Positions 1-7,309 of a stretch of 20,615 nt of DNA are shown here, piece by piece. The stretch is from Terrimicrobiaceae bacterium (GTDB taxonomy: Bacteria > Verrucomicrobiota > Verrucomicrobiia > Chthoniobacterales > Terrimicrobiaceae): NCBI GenBank assembly GCA_041752695.1, contig JBGSVZ010000033.1, positions 1-20,615 on the forward strand, written 5' to 3'. The notes under the pieces were generated by a model, which had not been told where the DNA came from, ran no database searches, and saw only the letters and a program-made list of their open reading frames with translations. A program made the translations under genes and the position numbers. Every line of letters begins with the position of its first letter. Positions within the stretch are counted from its first letter, which is position 1.

Positions 1-209
1 CGATCACGGGAGGGCTGTGCATGGCCCGAATCCGTCCAAAGCAAAAAAACTTCCGCCTGTGGTCGCACCAGAGGGATGAATCCTCTACAGACCTAAGTCC
101 CCTCAACTCGTTCCCCCGTAGCCAAAATGAGAATTGCTGGCCGCAAAGGGTTATGAAATTTTCAACAACAAGGAAGACAACTGCGTGAAGGTTGTCCTCA
201 GCCCCTGAT

Positions 210-458
210 ATGGACCACGAAACCGACAAAATCCACGTCATGCCTCTTGGCGATCAATGGGAGGTTGAGACACAAAGCGGCGCCCCGCTCGCGCATGACA
301 ACTCCAAAGAGGGGGCGGTGGAAACCGCCAAACATCTGGCCGGCGAAAAGGGCATGCCCTGCATCGTTGTGCACGACGGAGACGGCGTCACCACGGAAGT
401 GCCCGTCCCCCCTTCCGAATTCGAAAACAATCCCCCAACAACCCAAAAAACACCATGA
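210..458 (+). CDS. DUF2188-family small protein
   Basis: The sequence KIHVMPLGDQWEVE...SKEGAVETAKHLAGEKG..CIVVHDGDG fits the DUF2188 pattern (HVxP..W.V...K.EA...A..LA......V.H..DG). ATG at 210 is preferred over TTG at 192. The stop overlaps the next start (ATGA, 455-458). Confidence 0.7.
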   Translation: MDHETDKIHVMPLGDQWEVETQSGAPLAHDNSKEGAVETAKHLAGEKGMPCIVVHDGDGVTTEVPVPPSEFENNPPTTQKTP

Positions 459-946
459 AACTAAATACCCTGAAAGACCTCTACATCCACGAACTAAAAG
501 ACCTCTACAGCGCCGAAAAGCAGATCCTGAAGGCTCTTCCGAAAATGGCAAAAGCGGCAAACCATGAGAAGCTGGCCGCCGGCTTCAAGGAGCACCTCGA
601 ACAAACTAAGGAACATGCCGCCCGGCTGGAGAAGATCCTCGCGTCACATGATCAGACCACCCGCGGCCCAAAATGCAAAGGCATGGAAGGCGTGATCGCC
701 GAGGGATCCGAGATGATCGAGGAAGAGGCAGACGAGGAAGTCCGCGACGCCGGACTTATTGCCGCCGCCCAACGCGTCGAGCATTACGAGATCGCGGGAT
801 ACGGAACGGCCCGCACCTACGCCGAACTGCTCGGTGACAAAGAAGGCGCGGCCCTGCTCCAGGCAACCCTGGACGAGGAGGCCGACACCGACCAGAAACT
901 GACCAAGTTGGCGGAATCCGCCATTAACGTTGCGGCCGACAAATAA
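455..946 (+). CDS. yciF: YciE/YciF (DUF892) ferritin-like stress protein
   Basis: 163 aa with ELKDLYSAEKQ, EHLEQTKEH, KCKGMEG, RDAGLIAAAQRVEHYEIAGYGT and TLDEEADTD, which are hallmark DUF892 motifs including the di-metal Glu/His ligands. Confidence 0.93.
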   Translation: MKLNTLKDLYIHELKDLYSAEKQILKALPKMAKAANHEKLAAGFKEHLEQTKEHAARLEKILASHDQTTRGPKCKGMEGVIAEGSEMIEEEADEEVRDAGLIAAAQRVEHYEIAGYGTARTYAELLGDKEGAALLQATLDEEADTDQKLTKLAESAINVAADK

Positions 947-961
947 TCCGCCAGCCCCCCC

Positions 962-998
962 AAAGCGCCCGGCCCGGTCTCTCCCGGCCGGGCGTTTT
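962..998 (+). terminator. Intrinsic terminator after yciF
   Basis: Stem CGCCCGGCC (966-974) / GGCCGGGCG (986-994) followed by TTTT, 20 nt after the stop codon. Confidence 0.75.
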
Positions 999-1115
999 GC
1001 ATTTCGGGACCGGCTGCCTCCACGCCATCACTAATGAGGTGAGGATTCGAAGCCCTTCCGACTCACCTTCTTGCCCGGCCCACCCGAGCCCTCCTCCGCC
1101 GAGCCTTTCGGACGC

Positions 1116-1156
1116 AAAAACACCCGGCGGGCCGAAGCTCTCGCCGGGTGGGTTTT
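1116..1156 (-). terminator. Intrinsic terminator after the YflT-like gene (possibly bidirectional)
   Basis: Stem CACCCGGCG (1121-1129) / CGCCGGGTG (1142-1150), with A5 at 1116-1120 (U-tract on the minus strand) and TTTT on the other side. Confidence 0.78.
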
Positions 1157-1167
1157 GGCTGGGTTGG

Positions 1168-1677
1168 TTATTTCTCGGTGACGGAGGAAATGTCCTCGAG
1201 ATGATTGCGCTCCATGATGTCACGAATCACCTTTTGTTGATCCGAGTCACTCACATGCACGGCCACGAGGTAGCCGCCATTTTTGATCCGGTCTTCATAG
1301 ACCTTGGCTTCCAGCTCAGGGATGCCCATGCCCACAAGGGCTCCGACCACGCCGCCTGCGGTGGCGCCGATGGCCACGCCGCTGAGGGCGGCCATGAGCG
1401 GACCGGCTGCGATGAACGGTCCGACTCCGGGAATGGCGAGAGCACCGATTCCGGCCAGAAGACCGAGGGTACCGCCCGTGACTCCGCCGGTGACTGCACC
1501 AGCCGTAGCACCTTCCGGCGCCTTCGTGGCTTTGACGGTCCCGGTGTCAGGCACTCCGCCGGAGTCCGGCATCAGGACGGACATATCGGCAGACGCGATT
1601 CCGCTGGCTTGAAGATCATCGATGACAGTTTCGACATCGGTTTCGGTCTTGGCGATTCCTACAATGGATTTAGACAT
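1168..1677 (-). CDS. General stress protein, YflT-like N-terminus with Gly-zipper membrane segment
   Basis: 169 aa from ATG 1677 (MSKSIVGI). GATAGAVTGGVTGGTLGLLAGIGALAIPGVGPFIAAGPL...GALVGMGIPELEAKVYEDRIKNGGYLVAV is typical of this widespread stress-island family. The upstream in-frame extension overlaps the BON gene and was discarded. Confidence 0.85.
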   Translation of the reverse strand: MSKSIVGIAKTETDVETVIDDLQASGIASADMSVLMPDSGGVPDTGTVKATKAPEGATAGAVTGGVTGGTLGLLAGIGALAIPGVGPFIAAGPLMAALSGVAIGATAGGVVGALVGMGIPELEAKVYEDRIKNGGYLVAVHVSDSDQQKVIRDIMERNHLEDISSVTEK

Positions 1678-1696
1678 AATATTTTGGGTTTTGGTA

Positions 1697-2059
1697 TTAG
1701 GGTTGTTTGATTTCGATTTCGTTGCTGACGGACTTGGCACCGGCCATTTTTGCATGCTTTTCGATGCTGGTTTTTTCAGCCTCGCTGGCCACCGGGCCAC
1801 GCAGGGTGACGGCACCATCGATCGTGATCACCTTGACATTCTTCGCGTTAGCGGAGAGGGAGTCGTCGGCGACAAGCATTCGGCGGGTATCTGCGGTGAT
1901 TTTGATATCCGCCGGTGCGTTGGATTGGTCGATCGGAGTGAGGGTGGCCTCGTTCCGGTCGCGTTTGTTTTTGTCCGTATTATCCGCGTTGGGATCGGCA
2001 GCGAAGGCGCTGCCCGACACCGCGACGACTACGATTAGGGAGAGGAAGTTTCGTTTCAT
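1697..2059 (-). CDS. Exported single BON-domain protein (OsmY-like)
   Basis: Signal peptide MKRNFLSLIVVVAVSGSAFA, then ADNTDKNKRDR...LTPIDQSN, then a BON domain (DIKITADTRRML..DDSLS..AKNVKVITIDGAVTLRGPV...V.NEIEI). Confidence 0.9.
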   Translation of the reverse strand: MKRNFLSLIVVVAVSGSAFAADPNADNTDKNKRDRNEATLTPIDQSNAPADIKITADTRRMLVADDSLSANAKNVKVITIDGAVTLRGPVASEAEKTSIEKHAKMAGAKSVSNEIEIKQP

Positions 2060-2227
2060 GGTTGCAGCGAATAATCGCCCGCTATCGAGCGCACGGTCGC
2101 AACCTTAGGTCCTGTTCGGGGAGAACCCGTCCGTTGGTGGGGGTTCCCACCCGAGGGGGAGGACATCCCGCAGTCCTGCGCATTTTGGCTGGCAAGGACC
2201 CGCCGATTTCCGCCTTAATGGGGAGAC

Positions 2228-4735
2228 ATGGCTGCCACGGTCGCATCGGCGGAGCTTCCGCCGCCACTCACTCCCTTGGGATACCAACTCCGGCTTGGCT
2301 CGCAAGGGTTGCCGTTCGACGAGATGATTCCAAAAGAGGGTGGCATCCGGGAACACTGGCGCGGGGTCTCGGCTTATTTCGAGCGACTGGGGCCCGCGGA
2401 GATCGGACGGCGCTGGAATCAGGCACGAAAAATCCTCCACGACAACGGCGTCGCCTACAACGTGCAGACGCAGGGGCTGTTGCGCGCTTGGGAGTTAAAT
2501 CCCGTGCCGCTCCGTCTCGCCGGAGACGACTGGACCTTTCTGGCCAGAGCGGTGAAACAGCGCGCGCGACTGCTCAATCATGTGCTGGAGGACGTGTATG
2601 GTCCGCAGAAACTCCTCACGGAGAAACTGCTCCCCCCTTCGCTCGTCTATGGAAACTCGGCGTTCCTCCGACCTTGCCATGGGATCCCCACACGCACCGG
2701 TGCCCGCCTGGTGATTTATGCCGCTGACCTGGCCAGGTCGCCCGACGGGAGTTGGTGGGTGATTTCCGACCGGACCCAGGCGCCGTCCGGCATGGGATAC
2801 ACGCTCGAAAACCGGCTCGTTCTTTCCCGTGTTTTTCCGGAGATTTTTCGTGAGGCCCGGATCGCACGACTGGGAGGGTTTTTTGCCAAATTCGGGGAAT
2901 CGCTGGCCGCCCTCTCCCCCCGTCCAGGCACAGAGCCGACCGTGGTCCTCCTCACTGCCGGGCCACTTAACGAGACCTATTTCGAACAGGCCTACCTCGC
3001 GCGTCACCTCGGATGCACGCTCGTGCAGGGCCAGGATCTTACGGTGCGCGAAGGGCGGGTCTATATCAAAACGCTGGAAGGGTTGCGTCAGGTCGACGTC
3101 ATCCTGCGAAGAGTGGACGAGGACTTTTGCGATCCGCTCGAACTCCGCGATGATTCGTTGCTGGGGGTTTCCGGTCTGCTCGCCGCCGTCCGCGCCGGGA
3201 ACGTGGCCGTGGCGAATGCGCTGGGCAGCGGCGTTGTGCAGTCGGCTGCGCTCCACGCCTTCCTTCCGCATCTGAGTCGGAAAATTCTGGGCGAAGATTT
3301 GCTCATGCCCTCGGTAGCCACCTGGTGGTGTGGCCAGGCGACGGCTCGGAACTACGCTCTTTCCAACATGCACGGCCTCGTGATTAAGGACGCCTTCGAC
3401 TACCATGGGGCGCGGCCTCCGGAGGGTCTTTCCCGTGCCAAACTGCGCGAGGCGGTGCAGGCCCGGCCGCAATATTTCGCCGCGCAGGAAAACGTCCTGC
3501 TCTCGCAGTGCCCGGACTTTGTCGAGGGCCGGCTGGAGGCGCGTTCGGTGCTCCTTCGGGTTTTTGCCGTCCGCAATGGGGACGACTACGATGTCCTGCC
3601 CGGGGGATTAACCCGCGTGGCAGCGGAGGAATCCAGCTTTAGCATTCTGCTGCAGCAAAGTGGCGGGAGCAAGGACACCTGGGTGGATCTCGACGATGAA
3701 CGTCCCGAAGGAGTCACCCCGAATGCGGCGGCGTCGGAACTGCGCCGCGGCCACCTCGACCTCACCAGCCGTGTGGCGGATAATTTGTTCTGGCTGGGCC
3801 GTTATGCAGAACGGTCGGATTTCACCGCCCGCATGGTACGCTGCACGTTGGAGAACTTTGCGGAGGAATCCGGCTGGGTGGAACAGAACGACCTGCTGCC
3901 GATGCTGCAAACCCTGCGGTATTTCGATCAATTTAGCGGACCTGGCAAACAAGAAAGCGTGGACCAGGCCCTGGCCCGCCAGATGGCCGACCCAAACCGC
4001 GCGGGAAGCCTCACCTCGCTGCTGAAAAGCCTGCAGGGTCTGGCCACGACAGTGCGCGACCAACTTAGTCATGACACATGGCGCATCCTCCATCAACTGG
4101 GCGATTCCCAGCGGGGGGACAGCGAACTTTCCTCCAACGAAACTGCCCTCGGACTGAACAACGTGATTCTGGCCCTTTCCGCCTTTCAGGGTCTGCTGAG
4201 TGAGAACATGCCTCACGGACATTCGTGGCGATTCCTCGACCTGGGCCGCCGGATCGAGCGTGGGCTGTATCTGTCCTGTCTGGTCCGGAAACTCCTCCAG
4301 GAAAAAACCCGGATCGGCCGCCTGGAATTGCTCTTGGAAACGCTCGATACGCTGGTCACCTACCGGCAGAAACACACCAGTCTGAGTGTGTCCGCCGTCC
4401 TCGACCTCGTGCTGTGCGACGAAACGAACCCGCGCTCGCTGGCCAGCCAGTTTGCCGCGGGTATGGACCATCTGCGCTTCCTGCCCCGCGAGACGGACGG
4501 GCGTTTTAAACTGCCGGAGGAACGGGGACTACTTTCGGTGCTGAGCGAATTACGCCTGCTTGACCCTGCTGACGCCGAGGGGGAAAACCGCACGGGAATT
4601 GTGGCCTTGCTCGATCGGGCGGAGAAGGCCCTCACGGACTGCTCCGAGCTGATCACCCTGCGATTTTTTACCCACCTGCGAACCTCGAGCGTGGGTCGCG
4701 ACACCGCCAGCCCGGAACTTCCTGCCTCGTTATGA
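2228..4735 (+). CDS. Circularly permuted ATP-grasp (type 2) fused to an alpha-E domain
   Basis: 835 aa with a GGAG SD at 2222-2225. CP-ATP-grasp motifs: DLARSPDGSWWVISDRTQAPSGMGYTLENR, TYFEQAYLARHLG, VDVILRRVDEDFCDPLEL, GNVAVANALGSG, PGGLTRV, GGSKDTWV. The C-terminal alpha-E domain has both ER motifs (LFWLGRYAER; FLDLGRRIER) and DETNPRSL. Confidence 0.93.
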   Translation: MAATVASAELPPPLTPLGYQLRLGSQGLPFDEMIPKEGGIREHWRGVSAYFERLGPAEIGRRWNQARKILHDNGVAYNVQTQGLLRAWELNPVPLRLAGDDWTFLARAVKQRARLLNHVLEDVYGPQKLLTEKLLPPSLVYGNSAFLRPCHGIPTRTGARLVIYAADLARSPDGSWWVISDRTQAPSGMGYTLENRLVLSRVFPEIFREARIARLGGFFAKFGESLAALSPRPGTEPTVVLLTAGPLNETYFEQAYLARHLGCTLVQGQDLTVREGRVYIKTLEGLRQVDVILRRVDEDFCDPLELRDDSLLGVSGLLAAVRAGNVAVANALGSGVVQSAALHAFLPHLSRKILGEDLLMPSVATWWCGQATARNYALSNMHGLVIKDAFDYHGARPPEGLSRAKLREAVQARPQYFAAQENVLLSQCPDFVEGRLEARSVLLRVFAVRNGDDYDVLPGGLTRVAAEESSFSILLQQSGGSKDTWVDLDDERPEGVTPNAAASELRRGHLDLTSRVADNLFWLGRYAERSDFTARMVRCTLENFAEESGWVEQNDLLPMLQTLRYFDQFSGPGKQESVDQALARQMADPNRAGSLTSLLKSLQGLATTVRDQLSHDTWRILHQLGDSQRGDSELSSNETALGLNNVILALSAFQGLLSENMPHGHSWRFLDLGRRIERGLYLSCLVRKLLQEKTRIGRLELLLETLDTLVTYRQKHTSLSVSAVLDLVLCDETNPRSLASQFAAGMDHLRFLPRETDGRFKLPEERGLLSVLSELRLLDPADAEGENRTGIVALLDRAEKALTDCSELITLRFFTHLRTSSVGRDTASPELPASL

Positions 4736-5667
4736 TTTACGAGATATCCCACTGGACGGAGTATCGCTACGCCGATGCTGTCCGGCTTTCCAAACACGTC
4801 TTGCACATGCAGCCCCGTGAGCATCCGGGCCAGCGTGTTCTTTCCTCTTCCCTGGAACTCACTCCCTCCCCGCAGGTCGTGCATGAACACACCGACTATT
4901 TCGGAAATACCGTGAGTTCCTTCACCATCGCTGAGCGCCATCGGGGCATGCACATTCGGGTCCGCAGCAAAATCGAATGCGATGAACGACCCGTCGCCCC
5001 GCCAAAATCCTCCCCGCCGTGGGATGAAGTGCGGACCAAATGGCAGGCGGGAGCAGGAGATCGCTTCGAGCAGGAGTTTTTACACCCCTCCCCTTATGCC
5101 CCCTATCTTCACGAGCTCCGCGCGTGGGCGGAAGAAAGCTTTCCGCCCGGACGTCCCCTCGCAGAGGCCGCCCTGGAGCTCACAAAACGCATTCACGATA
5201 GGTTCACCTTTGATAAAGCCGCGACCAGCGTTTCGACCCCTCTTGGGGAGGTTTTTGAAAATCGGCGCGGGGTTTGCCAGGATTTCGCCCATCTGGAAAT
5301 CGCTGGTCTCCGCGCACTCGGGTTGCCCGCCCGCTATATGAGCGGATACCTCAGAACCCTCCCTCCTCCGGGCCGAACCAAGGTCTTCGGTGGTGACGCG
5401 TCCCACGCCTGGGTCGCCCTGGCCTGTCCGGGATTCGGCTGGCTGGAGCTTGATCCTACCAATGACGGCATGGCGGGAACCGGCTACGTGACTCTGGCCT
5501 GGGGACGGGACTATGGCGATGTGAGCCTGATCCGCGGCACCCTGGCGGGTGGTGGCGAACACGCGCTCTACCTCTCCGTCAATGTGGACGAAGTTCAAGC
5601 CGGCGAGGAAGAAGCAATTCCCGGCAGGATCATTTCCACCCAACGACAGAGCCAGTCTGGCAGTTGA
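4732..5667 (+). CDS. Transglutaminase-like protein (Bact_transglu_N + Transglut_core)
   Basis: N-terminus YEISHWTEYRY...DYFGN. Intact Cys-His-Asp triad: GVCQDFAH, ASHAWV, LDPTN. Also WGRDYGDV. ATGA overlap with the upstream gene. Confidence 0.94.
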   Translation: MIYEISHWTEYRYADAVRLSKHVLHMQPREHPGQRVLSSSLELTPSPQVVHEHTDYFGNTVSSFTIAERHRGMHIRVRSKIECDERPVAPPKSSPPWDEVRTKWQAGAGDRFEQEFLHPSPYAPYLHELRAWAEESFPPGRPLAEAALELTKRIHDRFTFDKAATSVSTPLGEVFENRRGVCQDFAHLEIAGLRALGLPARYMSGYLRTLPPPGRTKVFGGDASHAWVALACPGFGWLELDPTNDGMAGTGYVTLAWGRDYGDVSLIRGTLAGGGEHALYLSVNVDEVQAGEEEAIPGRIISTQRQSQSGS

Positions 5668-5685
5668 CCACTGACTAACGGACGC

Positions 5686-5715
5686 AAAAAGGGCGGCACT
5701 GCGGTGCCGCCCTTT
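5686..5715. terminator. Bidirectional intrinsic terminator
   Basis: 12-bp stem AAAGGGCGGCAC (5688-5699), TGCG loop, GTGCCGCCCTTT (5704-5715), between convergent genes. Confidence 0.85.
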
Positions 5716-5733
5716 CCGGTTTATTTTTGTCGG

Positions 5734-6123
5734 TTAATTCGCGGCCTGAAGCGGCTCACCGGCCGACTTCCAGCCTTTGAGGCCTGGCGCGAAATGTTTC
5801 ACATTGGTGTAGCCGAGGTCCTTGGCCGCCTTCGCCGCCTGGGCATAAGCGCCGCATTGTTCGCTGCCGCAATAGGCCACCACGAGGGCACTTTTGTCGG
5901 CAGGAAGTTTCGAGGCGATATCGGCTTTGACCGCGGTGTAGTCGAGGGCTCCCGGGATATGGCCTTCGGCATAGGATTCACTGCCATTGACATCGAGGAT
6001 GGTGACATCCTTGTCGGCAATGGCCTTTTTGAGGTCATTCATGCTGATGTCGGGAAAAGCACCAGCGAGCGCGTTGACCGCAACAAGAACCACAACACTG
6101 AGGATTAGGGATAGTTTTTTCAT
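5734..6123 (-). CDS. Exported single-domain rhodanese-like protein
   Basis: 129 aa from ATG 6123. Signal peptide MKKLSLILSVVVLVAVNALA, then ILDVN..ESYAEGHIPGA, active-site loop VAYCGSEQCGA, and LGYTNVKHFAPGLKGWKSAG. Confidence 0.9.
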   Translation of the reverse strand: MKKLSLILSVVVLVAVNALAGAFPDISMNDLKKAIADKDVTILDVNGSESYAEGHIPGALDYTAVKADIASKLPADKSALVVAYCGSEQCGAYAQAAKAAKDLGYTNVKHFAPGLKGWKSAGEPLQAAN

Positions 6124-6241
6124 CGGGCGGAACTTAAACCCGTTTGCGAATTCTGCAAGGGGCGCGTCGCGGAATTTGCTAAGTTGCTTCGAAAAAACTC
6201 CCTGCCAGAAGCGGCGTCTGGCGAACGCCTTCTGCGTAGCC

Positions 6242-7309
6242 TCATTTTGCGGCCGCGAGTGGGGCCGGCGCGACGGTTTCGCCTTCCCGGAGCATGGCAT
6301 TAGGGTTGAGAATCACCGCGGTTTCGTCCTTAAGCTGGCCTGACATCACCTCGACCTCCCGGCCGAAATTTTTGCCCGGAGCCACCTCCAGAAATCGCAC
6401 CTTATGGTCTTCCACGGCGGCCACCAGGGTTTTCCCACCGCGGCTGATCAGGGCGTTTGCGGGAAGCACATAAGTGCCGTCGGCTGGCTTGAGCTCAAAG
6501 GCCGCGGTGCCGGTAAGCCCCGACGGGAGAACAAGGTCCTTGTTTTCAAGAAGCAGTTCCACCCTCATCGTGCCGGAAGCCAATTCAAAAACCCTGCTGG
6601 CCCGGGCGACTCGGGCCGGAAAGCTGCGACCTGGAAATTCACCGAACCGCACCACCACTTCCGCATCCTTCGGCAGGCGCAACGCCAGATCTGGCGTTGC
6701 GCTGATCACAAAACGCAGGGTGTCCAGCTTCTCCAGACGATACAGCCATCCCTTCTCGGAGGCGGCATCTCCCTTCGCAAGATCACCCCGGTCGAAATTC
6801 CGCGCCGAAATAATCCCATCAAACGGCGCACGCACGATGGAAAAACGCTGTTCCTCTTCCAGTCGTGCCAGTTCTGCCTCGGCGACCCGAACTCCCGCCG
6901 CCGATTCCACCGCCGTGGTGCGGCGTTGATCGCTCTCCTCTTCGGAGACCACGTCAGACTGACGCAACCGGGAGGAACGATTGGAAAGGCTAAGGGCGTT
7001 ATTAGCCCTCGCCCTGGCTTGTTCGACGTTGGCCCGCGCCGCATCGACCGCACGGTCAATTTCCGGCGCCGAGATGATGGCCATCACCTCGCCGGCCTTG
7101 ACTTCGCCGCCAATGTCAAACTTACGTTCGCTGACTATTCCCGTCGCACGGGTGTAAATCGTCGCGGATTCAACCGGTTCCGTGCGGCCAGGGACTTCAT
7201 AGCGCGCAGCCTGGGTGGACAGCTTTGGCAGGACCGTTCGGACTGCGGGGACATCTTGAGCACGGGAGGCCAGCGGAATGGCGAGAAGAAGAGAGAGGAA
7301 AATTTTCAT
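6242..7309 (-). CDS. RND efflux periplasmic adaptor (membrane fusion protein)
   Basis: Signal peptide, lipoyl halves (IYTRATGIVSERKFDIGGEVKAGEVMAII; IVRAPFDGIISAR), helical hairpin and beta-barrel (SGTMRVELLLEN...LPSG). ATGA overlap with the permease. Confidence 0.93.
   Translation of the reverse strand: MKIFLSLLLAIPLASRAQDVPAVRTVLPKLSTQAARYEVPGRTEPVESATIYTRATGIVSERKFDIGGEVKAGEVMAIISAPEIDRAVDAARANVEQARARANNALSLSNRSSRLRQSDVVSEEESDQRRTTAVESAAGVRVAEAELARLEEEQRFSIVRAPFDGIISARNFDRGDLAKGDAASEKGWLYRLEKLDTLRFVISATPDLALRLPKDAEVVVRFGEFPGRSFPARVARASRVFELASGTMRVELLLENKDLVLPSGLTGTAAFELKPADGTYVLPANALISRGGKTLVAAVEDHKVRFLEVAPGKNFGREVEVMSGQLKDETAVILNPNAMLREGETVAPAPLAAAK

Noticed and set aside
90..103. GACCTAAGTCCCC resembling part of a DosR box
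   Set aside because: Only a half-site match, DosR is actinobacterial, and no cognate regulator is visible.
151..188. TTATGAAA..CAACAACAA resembling 18066-18082, and the mini-ORF MKFSTTRKTTA (153-188)
   Set aside because: Low-complexity AT-rich match needing a 4-nt gap, a poor fit to the IHF consensus, and no support for translation.
1678..1818. 47-aa N-terminal extension of the YflT-like protein
   Set aside because: It overlaps the BON gene in another frame; ATG 1677 has the typical A/C-rich leader.
6124..6300. Longer 188-aa version of the rhodanese
   Set aside because: It overlaps the adaptor gene; the clean signal peptide starts at ATG 6123.
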